From Galeopterus variegatus (Eukaryota), in NCBI RefSeq assembly GCF_000696425.1, contig NW_007726576.1, positions 620,165 through 652,370 of the forward strand: DNA of 32,206 bases. The letters are read 5' to 3'. The notes under the pieces were generated by a model. That model did not search any database. It was given only the letters and a program-made list of their open reading frames with translations, and was not told where the DNA came from. A program made the translations under genes and the position numbers. The number at the start of each line of letters is the position of its first letter. The first letter of the stretch is position 1. Of this stretch, positions 1 through 10,697 are shown piece by piece.

Positions 1-80
1 TGTGGGATCCGAACCCGGGGCGGGAGCGCCGCCACACTCCCAAGCGGCGCACTGTAGCAGTGCGCCACTGGGCCAGCCCT
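1..80 (-). mobile_element. tRNA-derived SINE, family A: head fragment, truncated by the window edge
   Basis: Reverse complement matches the 5' head (gggccagcccagtggcgcactgctacagtgcgccgcttgggag...ggttcggatcccaca) shared by the full-length copies at 4838, 12577 and 28863. Confidence 0.7.
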
Positions 81-109
81 GTAAATGGTATTTTTAAATT
101 GCATTTTCT

Positions 110-210
110 GGGCTGGCCAGTTAGCTCAGTTGGTTACAGTGCAGCCTTATAACCTCAAGATCACGTGTTTGGATCCCTGTACAGGCCTGCCACAAAACAA
201 ATACATAAAT
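110..210 (+). mobile_element. tRNA-derived SINE, family B (monomeric, tRNA-Ile-like), with A-rich tail
   Basis: gggctggccagttagctcagttggtta...ggatccctgtacaggcctgcca followed by an A-rich tail. Flanked by the direct repeat aaattgcattttc (96-109 and 211-223), which is a TSD. Confidence 0.75.
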
Positions 211-508
211 AAATTGCATTTTCCAATTATTCATAGCTAGTATATGTAAGTATAACTGATTTTTGTATTTTGACCTTGTATCAGCTTTTCTTTGTCAGTC
301 ATTTGTTAATTTTTTTCATTTTTAAAGACCTTTTTTGCTGGATATAGAATTCTTAGTTTACAGGCTTTTTCTTTTAGAAGTTTAGAGACATTATTCCATT
401 ATCTTCTATCATCTATTACATCCAATGTGAAGTAATATAAAATTCTTACAGATGTTCTCCTGAATGTAATGTGTTCTTTTTCTCTGGCTGCTTTTGAGAT
501 TTATCTTT

Positions 509-606
509 GGGGCGGGCTGGTTAGCTCACTCAGTAGGGTGTGGTGCCGATAATACCCAGGTCAAGGGTTTGGATCCTTGTACCAGCCAGTCACCAGAATA
601 AGAAAA
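509..606 (+). mobile_element. tRNA-derived SINE, family B
   Basis: gggcgggctggttagctcactcagtagggtgtggtgccgataatacccaggtcaagggtttggatcc... with tail accagaataagaaaag. TSD gatttatctttgggg on both sides (about 497-510 and 607-620). Confidence 0.75.
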
Positions 607-639
607 GATTTATCTTTGGGGGGTTAGCAGTTTGACTCT

Positions 640-2180
640 GATCTACCTAAATGTAATTTTTTTGTGTGTGTGTTTATCCTGCTTGTAGTTCTGCTGAGTT
701 TCTTGGATCTGAAAGTTGATGTCTTTCACTAATTTTAGAAAAAAATTCAGTCATTATTTACTCAAATATTTTTCTGCCTATCTTTTCACTTTGGGGGCTC
801 CGATTACACAAATGTTAAGCCTTTGATATCATTCCACAGATGTTAAATCCTCTGTTCTTTCTTCATTCTATTTTTTTCTTTCTATGCTTTGGTTTGGATA
901 ATTTATGCTGTGTGCATTATATTATAATTTAAGTTAAATCATCTTTTTTCTTGTGTCCAGTTTGCTGTGAAGCCCCTTCAATGACCTTTTCATTGCAGAT
1001 AATGTATTTTCCAGTTCTAGAATTTTCACTTAGTTCTTATTTACAGTTTCCATCTGTTTGCTGAGATTCTCCCACATGTTCACTTATTTTATCCTTCTTT
1101 TCTGGTAAGTCCTTAACTGTATTCATAATAGCAGTTATAAAGTCCGTGTCTGCTAATTCCAACTTCTAGGTCATCTGTGGGTCACCAACTGCAGACCATT
1201 TTTTCCCCGTGATAATAAGTCATATTTTCCTGCTTCTTCATATGATTAAATTTCCATCCTGTACTGAACATTAAAGAGGACACCTTGTAGAGACTCTGGA
1301 TTATGCTCTCCTACTCTAAAGAGTTTTGTTCTGGTGGATCCATGAAGGCTGTTTCAGGCTTTGTTAGGGTGGGCCTATTTTGGTTTTTCCTTTTGTCCTC
1401 AGGTATTGTCTTTGGTCATAAGATATAGTCCTTATGACCCTCTCATGGTTTCAATGGAAAGACACTGATCAAGTCTAATTTGGTGTGACCCCAAACTCCA
1501 AGCTCTGTCACGCCAGCACTTGGCAGCAGCTGAAATCTCTACTCAGCTCTTTAGTTTCCCAGACGTTTCTTTTTTTCTGGATTTCTTCAAGTCACACACT
1601 GCCTATGTAGAGGTTAGGGGAGAGCCAAGGATCTGAGGAGAATTGGGGCAGATTTCAGAGCTCCGTCCTCTGTGGCTCCCTCCTTTCTTGGATTTTCACC
1701 TTTAATTTCCAGCCATTCTGGCAGCCTTGAACTCTGACCCTATGTCATCTCATTAAGGCTCCCTCTTCTAGTTCTACCCTCCTGTGTGCCTCATGAGCAG
1801 ACAGGTGCCTTTAGGTGAGAAGCTGGATAAATATGGAGCTCACCTAGTTTGCTTCCCTCTTTCAAAGATGGTGTCCCCTCCAGTCTCTGCCTCTTTTTGA
1901 TTGTTCTCCTGGTCTTCAAAGAGTGGTTTTTAAGTATTTTGTCCAGAGTCAATAACTGTTACTGGCAGGAGGTCTAGTCAGATACGAGCTCTTCTGTCAT
2001 TCCAGCAACAGGCACCCTTTCCTCACACGAGCTGCCACCACTCCACGGTGCAGGCCACGCGGCCTGCGTGTCTGCTCACCTGCCCAGCCCGCAACAGGAA
2101 ACCCTGACATTGTAGAGCTGATGGCTATCCTATTTATCCACGAACACTGCCAGTTGTTTAATAATGTTTATTTTATTTTA
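640..2180 (-). mobile_element. Degenerate older LINE-1 remnant (ORF1-like and 5'UTR-like sequence, reverse orientation)
   Basis: Minus-strand translation of about 640-1320 gives L1 ORF1p-like strings (IIQSEEQREKRMKK.., ..RSPQSEKIGRKIFE.IM.E.F..) with stops and frameshifts. Boundaries are approximate. Confidence 0.35.
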
Positions 2181-2326
2181 CTTTATTTATTTTTTTGTCC
2201 TTTTTTTGAGACCGGCCGCACCACGCTCAGCCAGTGAGCGCTGTGAGCGCACCGGTCATCCCTATATAGGATCCGAACCCGCGGCGGGAGCGCTGCACTC
2301 TCCCGAGTGCGCCACAGGCTCGGCCC
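2181..2326 (-). mobile_element. tRNA-derived SINE, family A' (short form)
   Basis: Reverse complement is gggccgagcctgtggcgcactcgggagagtgcagcgctcccgccgcgggttcggatcctatatagggatgaccggtgcgctcac..tggctgagcgtggtgcggccggtctcaaaaaaaggacaaaaaaa, the same unit as 31825-31986. TSD atgtttattttatttt at 2165-2180 and 2327-2342. Confidence 0.7.
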
Positions 2327-3310
2327 ATGTTTATTTTATTTTTAAGAATCTCTTATCCCAGGGCTAGTACTTGGCCTTCAAACCACTTGCTGACTTGAGG
2401 CGGCTCAGGAGCTCCTCATCCATCTCCTTCATTGTCATAACGAGAAATACATCCAGAGGCTGCACCGCTGGCTCCGGCAGAGGCTGGCTGGACGCTAGTC
2501 AAAGCTGTTTTCTTCTCCTGGTGCAGAGCTGAAGGTACGTTTGCCAGCCCCGTGCACCTCAGTGGGCTATGTGACTAGCTCCTGGCACATTTCCTCTCTT
2601 CCTCTTGTCTACCAGGTCAGTGATGCCAGGGTAATATTCTCCTTCTTCCCTTTCACCAGGTTAATTTTAAAACACTGAAGACAGTAGAGCCACAGTGTGG
2701 AAGGAGCAGGGTCTCTAAATGACTACCTGAAATAGAACTTTCTTGCTGACCAATATTTTACTGTGATATGGGCATAAAAGTAATCTTCAATTGTGCTAAA
2801 CTACTGAGATTCTAGTTTTTTTCTTTTTAACACCAGTTAGTGCTAATAAATTTGCACAGATAATATCCTAATTAGTGGTAAAGATATGACTGGAAACCAG
2901 TCTCCTACTTCCTTTGATGTTAACAAGTATAGTTCCATTCATATAGAACTTTCATAATTTAACGGACCATGCCTATGAGTGAATGGGAAAATAGTAACTT
3001 ACCTAGAGATCGAATGCCTTTTTGTTCAAGAAAGCTGTGTAAAACATTTGTATTAAGGTTTAATATAAAGCCCAGTTCTGGTGTAAGTTTCCAGAAGCCA
3101 TCCTGTGAAATTAAGAAAACAAATTTGTCACACTATTGAATTTCACCATCTAAGAAATTATGTGATATAAATAAAAGCTCTTCATAAGCTAGTGTCACAG
3201 TACTGCTTAGAATCTCGTAAATACTATGATCCCTATGTATCTGGTGGCATTCATAAAAAGTCTAGAAAGAGGCTTGTGTGTAGTGATTTTACAAAAATGG
3301 TACTATACAT

Positions 3311-3544
3311 TTTTTTTTCTTTTTCCTTTTTGTCTTTTTTACTGAACGGCAACAGATCGCAACCCTCAGTGTCGCGCCCGTACCGGACCGGGACCGGCAA
3401 CGGGATCGCAACCCTCGGTGTTGCACCTGCACCACGCTCAGCCAGTGAGTGGGAACTGGTCTCCACATGGGATCCGAACCCTCGGCGGGAGTGCCGCCAT
3501 GCTCCCACGCGGCGCACTCTCCAGTGCACCACTGGGCCAGCCCT
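3311..3544 (-). mobile_element. tRNA-derived SINE, family A (full length)
   Basis: Poly-T/CT tail at 3311-3350, then the reverse complement of the roughly 235-bp composite unit, ending ...cagtgcaccactgggccagccc. Probable TSD tacattttttt. Confidence 0.8.
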
Positions 3545-3594
3545 ACATTTTTTTCTTCTAGCAATGCTCTGAGCCAAAGTTTCTCAAATTTTTA

Positions 3595-3721
3595 TTTATT
3601 CATTTATTTATTTATTTGTATTTGTATTTTCTTCTGGCAGCTGGCTAGCACAAGGGTTTAACCCTGGATGTTGGTGTTATCAGCACCATGCTCTAACCAA
3701 CTGAGCTAACAGGCCAGGCCC
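3595..3721 (-). mobile_element. tRNA-derived SINE, family B, with (TTTATT)n-like tail
   Basis: Reverse complement of gggcctggcctgttagctcagttggttagagcatggtgctgataacaccaacatccagggttaaaccc. T-rich tail at 3595-3636. TSD tctcaaa(t/c)tttta at about 3582-3594 and 3722-3734. Confidence 0.65.
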
Positions 3722-4399
3722 TCTCAAACTTTTAAATAGCATGATTCCTTTTTTTAAAAAAAACACTTTATGCAGGTATGATTGACATACAGAAGGCTAT
3801 AGATATTTAATGTAAACAACTTGATGTGTTTGGAGGTTAGCATACACTTGTGAAACCATCAAACCATTATATTATCACTATCAATACCATAAACTTATCT
3901 ATCACTTCCATAAGTCTCCTTCCATTCCCTTTATTTTGTTTTGCTTTGTTTCTTCTTGTAGAAAGAACACTTAACATAGGATCTACCTCTCAGCAAGTTT
4001 TTAAGTAGATAATACAGTACCATTAATCAGAGGCCTTATGTTGTACACCAAATCTCCAGCACAATTCCTTTTATTCAACATTTAAAATGTACCCTTGTGT
4101 AGTCTAAAACATGAAAGTGATCGTTTTTTCTAAATATGAAACTGTTATATAAAACATGCTCTTTAAAACTACCTTCCCTGTGCCACTGTCCCCTGCCCAC
4201 CCCATCACATGCAAAGGACAGTGTAATAAGCCTGAACATGGAGATCCTAACCCTGAAGGAGACAGACTCCAGGCGCTAGGGGAATAATACAAGGAGCAGA
4301 AAGGAGGGTGCCGTCATAGGCGGGTGCAAGGGTTAAAGGATCTAGGGCAGCAACTTGGAAAATAATAGCAGTGATAATATGTGCCAACCCATACAGAAC

Positions 4400-4580
4400 T
4401 GGTACCAGGTGCTATTCTTTTATCTTTTCAGCCACTTATTGTGTGGGTACTATTATTATACCCACATTGCAGATGAGGACACTGAGGCACAGAGAGGTTA
4501 AGCAACTTGTCCAAAGTCACACAGCTAACAAGCAGCATAGTCAAATGGTCTAGCTGCAGGGCCTCACTCTGCACTATCTG
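4400..4580 (-). mobile_element. MIR (mammalian-wide interspersed repeat) core
   Basis: tattattatacccacattgcagatgaggacactgaggcacagagaggttaagcaacttgtccaaagtcacacagctaacaagc is the reverse complement of the conserved MIR core. Confidence 0.6.
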
Positions 4581-4669
4581 CAATACTTCTCACAGGCTTT
4601 CACATGTATTATCTCAGGCAGGGAAGCTGGGTGGCTATTAGTATCCTGTTTAAACTTCAAAACTACTCT

Positions 4670-4790
4670 ATGAAGCAGATATCACTATTATTCTCATTGT
4701 ATAGATAAGGAAATTGAGACTCGGGTTATCCTACCTGCCCAGAATCACAAAGTGATAGGGCTGGGACTCACAGTCTTATACTAAATGAAG
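4670..4790 (-). mobile_element. MIR-like fragment
   Basis: ttctcattgtatagataaggaaattgagactcgggttatcctacctgcccagaatcacaaagtgatagggctgggactcac, a diverged MIR core. Confidence 0.45.
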
Positions 4791-4837
4791 AACTTGCTAC
4801 TTTACTAAACTATTTTACATCAAAACAAATCATTACA

Positions 4838-5086
4838 GGGCCGGCCCGGTGGCGCACTGCTACAGTGCACCGCTTGGGAGCACGGTGGCACTCCCACCGA
4901 GGGTTCGGATCCCACATACAGACCGGTTCCCGCTCACTGGCTGAGCAAGGTGTGGGCGCAGCACTGAGGGTTGCGATCCCGTGGCCGGTCCCGGTCCGGT
5001 ACGGGCGCGACACTGAGGGTTGCGATCCGTTGCCGGACACGAAAAAAGACAAAAAGGAAAAGAAAACAAACAAACAAACAAAAAAA
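4838..5086 (+). mobile_element. tRNA-derived SINE, family A (full length, trimer-like composite)
   Basis: gggccggcccggtggcgcactgctacagtgcaccgcttgggagc...ggttcggatcccacatacagaccggttcccgctcactggctgag...gagggttgcgatcccgtggccggtcccggtccggtac...gagggttgcgatccgttgccggacacg, followed by an A-rich tail with (caaa)n. Perfect TSD atcattacag (4828-4837 and 5087-5096). Confidence 0.85.
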
Positions 5087-5550
5087 TCATTACAGATTTA
5101 AGATTGGGTCTTAGTACCAGGTGCAGGATCTATATTTACAGGGTGTTTACTAGTGTAACAAATGGAATAAACAACTCTAACACAATATTACATGTTGAAT
5201 AATACCTATATTCCCAAGACCTTATGTGATTAAAGTATACTCACAGCACCTGTGCTTTACTTCACAATGGGAAATGTATATGAATGGCAGTTCATCAGTT
5301 CTAGTACCTAGGAAATTAAGGTCAGCCTGTGATCTGTGTAGGGATGCTAGTTTTCAGATGAGGAATACTAACAGTCATAGCATGAGGTCTGGCCTAAAGG
5401 TTGATAGGCAGAGGCCACCAGTCACTATCAAGCACAGTGTTTGGTGCAGTGACTGTTTTCTCTTTTGGCAGCAGGACTCCTGATGCAAGAAACAGTGTGA
5501 TTTCATGCTGGCGCAAGTCCCTTCTTGCACTGCAGACGGGAACCGACCAA

Positions 5551-6615
5551 TTATGTGATCAGCCCGTTTGAATAGCACTGTTCTAAATTATGAAGCTCAC
5601 TAAGCACAGATTTAAGGGAAAGTAAGACAAATACCTCAGTTTGTAGATGGAAGAGCTCGGTCCAAGGCACAAGATTCCTCTGGCTCTCTTTGCAGACCAC
5701 ATCATCCTCAGCTTCCTGTGCCTGAACGCTTGCAGCAAAGTCACCTGTATGCTGGTGTCTCATCACTTTCTGTTGTATAAGACACTTGTACGCTGGTGTC
5801 TCACCACTGTCTCTTTCACAAGAGCTTTCATGACTTGGGGCCCACAAATCTTGGAGAGAATCTGGTGATGCAGTTTCGGCAGAAGTACTCAGAAGGGAAG
5901 AAGCCTGTGACTGACAGTGAGCAAGCGGAGGCAAGTCTACAGGCGGCTTGTAACTGGTGCTTGAAGTGGCTAGGAAGCTTTGCAAATGAAAAGGAGAGGA
6001 ACCAGAGGGAAGACAAAAACCTGAACCAGTGCTAAGAACTCTAGAAGGAGAGGAAAAATCTGGCTGGGAGAGAAAGACCTGCCTATGGGAGGCGTGAGCA
6101 TGTGGGCTGATCTGACAGTCTTGAGAAGGTTCAGGTGGATCTGACTGCTGGAAGCCCAAAAAGCCACCTGAAAAAGCACCGCCAGTGAGGGATCCAAAAG
6201 CTGGGTTCTGGGGAGGCAATGGGGAAGGAGATGTCGACCCACAGAGAATGCCAGGCCAACCGCCAGTCCAAAGGCCTTGGCCACGACGAGATAGGCCTAA
6301 CAGCTTGGGACGAGCCAGAGAACCACAAAGAAATCTCTGCGGAGGTAAGCGGGGAGAAGGGCAGGCAGTGCCAGGTAAGTGGGGAGGAGGGGGGGCACCT
6401 GCGCGGGGGGTTGGGGCAGCCAGGAAAGAGGGTACGCCAGAGGCTGCAGCAGCAGAAAGAAAGTTAGATACAGTCGTTGTCCGTGAAATACGTCTCATCA
6501 ACGATGTTTGTTTAAACAACTCCCTCTGACTTAAACCCAGTGGCTTTCCCACACCTTTACATTCAGAATTGGGTGTGGGAGGTTGGACTGCTGATTGCGA
6601 ATCAAAGCGAGCCAC
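5551..6615 (-). CDS. 354-aa ORF, Ser/Pro/Leu/Phe-rich and low-complexity. Candidate exon or compositional artefact; product unknown.
   Basis: Uninterrupted ATG-to-TAA frame of 1065 nt. It lies on the pyrimidine-rich strand of a purine-rich block. Third codon positions are T-rich rather than GC3-biased. I recognise no domain. No polyadenylation signal lies downstream. Confidence 0.25.
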   Translation of the reverse strand: MARFDSQSAVQPPTPNSECKGVGKPLGLSQRELFKQTSLMRRISRTTTVSNFLSAAAASGVPSFLAAPTPRAGAPPPPHLPGTACPSPRLPPQRFLCGSLARPKLLGLSRRGQGLWTGGWPGILCGSTSPSPLPPQNPAFGSLTGGAFSGGFLGFQQSDPPEPSQDCQISPHAHASHRQVFLSQPDFSSPSRVLSTGSGFCLPSGSSPFHLQSFLATSSTSYKPPVDLPPLAHCQSQASSLLSTSAETASPDSLQDLWAPSHESSCERDSGETPAYKCLIQQKVMRHQHTGDFAASVQAQEAEDDVVCKESQRNLVPWTELFHLQTEVFVLLSLKSVLSELHNLEQCYSNGLIT

Positions 6616-8107
6616 TTCACCATCTTCAGCAACTTCCAGCTCAGGTGACCTAACTCTTCTTCCAGTCAGACTTTTCTCTTTTTTTCTTTTTCTCTTAACA
6701 TGTTGCGATTCTTCATTCCGTTCAGAGGATGCTGAAAGAGGCTGCCCAGGAGAGAGAATTATTCATGTTGGGGGAAACCCAGAATAAAATGAACAGTCAA
6801 GAAAACATCTTTCTAGTAGCCGACTTGCCAGCAGTGAAGCAACTGCTCAACCTAGAGCACGATTCCCAGAATCAGGATCGTCAACACGGGCAGGGACACA
6901 GAAAACACCACTGGAGATAACTGAAGACCATTTAAGTACGAGGCCCTCCTTTGGTAGCTGCGGAAGCTGGAGAGCATACCAGCAATTGGTAAATTGAAAG
7001 GTCTTTCTGTTTTCATTCTTAGGGCCACGAAATTTTAAACACCCCTCATTTTACACATGAGAAAACCAAGGACCACAGAAACAACATGCTTAAAATTTTA
7101 CAATGAATAGTACCATAGTGTGTAAAACCGCTTTAAAATAAACTAATAATTTGAAGTACATTATTCCATTCTTCTACACTGCTTTTCAGCAATACTAAGA
7201 AATTGAGAAAATATTTAGAAATCTTCAAAAGCTTCAAAGTAACCAAATGAATATATCTTTACATCAGAATGTGAACAATATGTAAAACAAAAGGGAAAGA
7301 GGGGATGCTGTTACTGCTATTATTTGAATTTAAATGTGAAGAGTGCACCTTAAAAAGTTGCTAGTGAACCAAATCCAGTTTTATATGGATGACAAGTTTC
7401 CGAGATATTTTGGAAATACAGTTAGTCCCCCTTTATCCAAGACCCCCACTGGATGCCTGAAATCATGGATAGCCTGAACCCTACACATACAATATTAAGA
7501 AAATAAACGTTTCTGTTGCAATTTTTTTTCCCTAATTCATCATTGTCTTTGGATTTTATTTCTTGTATGTCTAAATCTCTTTCAGCTTTTGGAAATACCA
7601 TCCAAAGACCTCCTTGGTGTTAGCCTTTCAGTGCAGTTGTGGTTCACTGATGCCTTGCCTCATTGCACAAGAGGACAGAAGATGCTGGTTGTGCATTTTC
7701 ATTCACCCTGTCTTGTCGCTACCGTCATTCTATGGCAGCGACAGCTTCCCTTCTATCAATAAGAGGATGTGACCAGGACATCAGCCCAGACAAGGAGAGG
7801 AAGCATGGTTTTCTGAAGTTATCATCCCCACTCCCTGCCCTTTCTTTACAGACAACTACAAAATAAAACAAAAATACTGCACAAAGGGTTGAGGAAACAC
7901 ATTTTCTGTTTCTTTCTCTTTTTTCTATACCATCTCAAAACACACCAAACATGATTTTATGAACAAATGATATGTGCTTTTTTAAATCAACTAACATAGT
8001 CACTTTAAAAAAGGATCAAAGAAAATGAGTATTTCACACATTTATTTTTCCCCAAATTTCCCTACCCACAAACGTTTTTCCCTTAGAATTCTAAATTCTT
8101 TTTTTAG

Positions 8108-8178
8108 CAGCTGGCCCATATGAGAATCTGAACCCTTGACCTTGGTGTTACAACACTGCACTCTAACCAATTGAGCTA
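8108..8178 (-). mobile_element. tRNA-derived SINE, family B fragment (diverged at the 5' end)
   Basis: Reverse complement is ..ttagctcaattggttagagtgcagtgttgtaacaccaaggtcaagggttcagattctcatatgggccagctgc, with a T-rich tail upstream at about 8090-8107. Confidence 0.5.
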
Positions 8179-8929
8179 ATAAATTCTGGAAATTTTACTT
8201 CTCTAACCTGGATACCTGAGACTCTTATTAGCACTGTTTTATTCCTCTGCTTTTGAATATACCTTCTAATTTTTATTTAAGTCACATTTCTCGATATCTA
8301 TTATGTTTCTGGCTATAAAGGCCACAGTATAAAGCATTATAAACTTTAAGAAATATTGGTGGTAAATTTAGATTACTAGATAGGACTTTTATCACTAATT
8401 TCATAATGAACCTATTACATTACCTAAATGACTTTAGCTTCTTGTATGACAGCTTAGTTGTCCATGAATGACATATAACCACAGTTCTCTTTTTGTACTT
8501 TACAGCTGCATTTATATATAGTGAATGGCTCAGTAATGCAATGGCATTTCTATAAATGTGTGAATATTTCCCACCATCAGGGATACAACAATTTCTGCAT
8601 AGACAGGTAATAAGGCTGCTATTTTAGCAAAGGGTCACCTCACCATCAGGAAAATATAAAAGCACAATATCAATTTATATGGTAATTACCATTTACCTGT
8701 TTCATGTTGGCATCTGGCTGCTCCTCCTGCCAACTCAGGTATGGCAGAAAGTCTACATCTTCTGTGGCAATAAGTTCCGAAACATTTGGAGTATTAGGAA
8801 AAGATGACTCACTATCATCCTATATTGAATCACAACTGGGTTAAATCAAAGCAGACGTTATCGAATTAAATGATTATTACACATTCTAAAGCCCTGTGGA
8901 TGTTGGGTTTGGAATACACTTGTGTGTGA

Positions 8930-9045
8930 GATTGGACCTCGTGTCCTGGGCCACAAGCACGGGAGAAGGCGGACGTGCACAGGTGGGTGGCTGTCCTCTC
9001 TGCGGGTGCCGGGCGTTGCCCGTGTGCACTTAAAGATTTCCCTCT
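8930..9045. other. Short CpG-rich GC block
   Basis: About 9 CpG in roughly 100 bp (ctcgtgtcc..cacgggagaaggcggacgtgcacaggtgggtgg..ctgcgggtgccgggcgttgcccgtgtgcac). Contains CAG|GTGGGT, a splice-donor-like motif. Confidence 0.25.
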
Positions 9046-10697
9046 TACGCTTTTGAGGGGAAAGGGCTTCTCAGAGGGTAAAGGAAACCCAGGCCTTTTC
9101 CATTTTTTGAGGGTCTTGAATTAATAAAAGATGAGAACAGCCAAAAATGTAACAAAATTGTGGTATATCTTACAAATACTCATGTAGCTAATTAATACTT
9201 ATAATATTAAAAATGACAACACAGGCAACTCGTTTAGCGAGACCCTGGTAAATCCCACTTCAAGGTCTCTCCACCGTCTCTCCACAGGCCTCAGGCGTCG
9301 GCTGCCGCTGACAATCAGAGCAAGAGTAATGTTCTCGATGTGTGAATATAAGTAAAATAACTTCACCATGAATGAACAATACATACCCTTTTCTCAACTG
9401 CCACAAAGCTTGTAAATTGTGTTATGAGAGAGTGTTCCTTACTGAGTTTAATAATCAGAGATTTCAAGGCTTGTTTCTTCATCTACAATAGAATAAAACA
9501 AATGAAATCATGTCCTGTTTTATTTATAGATGACCAATTAAAAGAGTATTAATTTAAAAAGGTGTTTTTCTATGACAATTAAATTATCTTATAATTAGTA
9601 CTTCAAACTAAATATTGAGTCAAGGGTCCTGTCTAAATATTTTAAGTAGGTAGCTCAACGTTCCCTGCAAAACGGGATCAACTGACTCAGCTGAGGCACA
9701 GAGAAAGAAGGTCACATTTATATGCTCTCCGGAGCTCACAAGAGCTGTCACATGAGGTGCCCTCTGTCATTCTCGCACAGTGTCTAGCTCCGGTTTTAAA
9801 GCGGAGTAACTGGAGAAGCGGAGCAGCTTGTTCGGGATTGTTGAGAACACAAAGGCTGCTAATCCAAGAGTGGTCAAGAACTGTGAAAGCAGAGGCCACC
9901 TGTCACCTGCTGCGACTGTCTGCGGGGGTATCCAGGGCCCTGCACGCCATGCTAGCATCTTCTTTTTGGGATAGCATGGAGCACCAATGCTCCCAACCTC
10001 ATTCAAGGTCACAGCCCCTGAGAGACCAGACAGCCCAGCACGGTGGGCTGGCTGAGGGGGACACTTTCCAGACCCCTCATCTGCAGAGTTAGGAGTGAGC
10101 AAGGTGGGCGTGGCTCCACCGTGTGTCCTCAGGCAGGTCGCCTGCCGTGCTGCACCTGGGCTTCTCCATCATTGCGATGGGAACGCTAACACTACTACAT
10201 GTGAGGGTAGGTGACGTCCACTGCAGACGCTCAGGGAGCGTTGTCTGAGCCCTCCACCAGCCTCTCTCTGAGAGGTAAAATATCTGAATTCTCAGGGGAC
10301 CACTGACATCCGATCTTTCTTGAATTCATCCAAATAACATTTATTGAGCTCCCTACACCCAGGCATGGATGTCACAGGTACAGTGAGGAAAGCTCCCTGA
10401 CACCACATCCTTCTCTATCCTGCTATTCTAACTTCACACTTCCAGGGATAAATCAATTGTAGAATGATCAAGAACAATGCACAATGGTTTTTACTGTGAA
10501 AACAACGAACCTCATGACTGGTTTCATTTTCGTGGAGAATGCCATCTTCATAATCTCTGATCAGAGCTCGTGCTGTCAGCTTGTGAATCATCTGTGTTTA
10601 AGCAGCAAAGGAAAAAAGGACTCAAATGGCTTTGGAGACATCCACAGAACACCATTTTAAAATTGAGGTATAATTTACATACAGCAGAATTCACCCG

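Noticed and set aside
110-210. Possible tRNA genes (also at 509-606, 3637-3722, 23281-23357 and 25033-25120)
   Set aside because: Each is flanked by a target-site duplication and carries an A/T-rich retroposon tail. Copies differ from one another in the anticodon region. These are tRNA-derived SINE copies, not tRNA genes.
2386-2520. Short minus-strand peptide MTMKEMDEELLSRLKSASGLKAKY preceded by a cag and followed on the plus strand by an AAG|GTACGT donor-like motif
   Set aside because: Only about 41 codons between stops. No supporting acceptor or polypyrimidine context. Nothing recognisable. Most likely chance.
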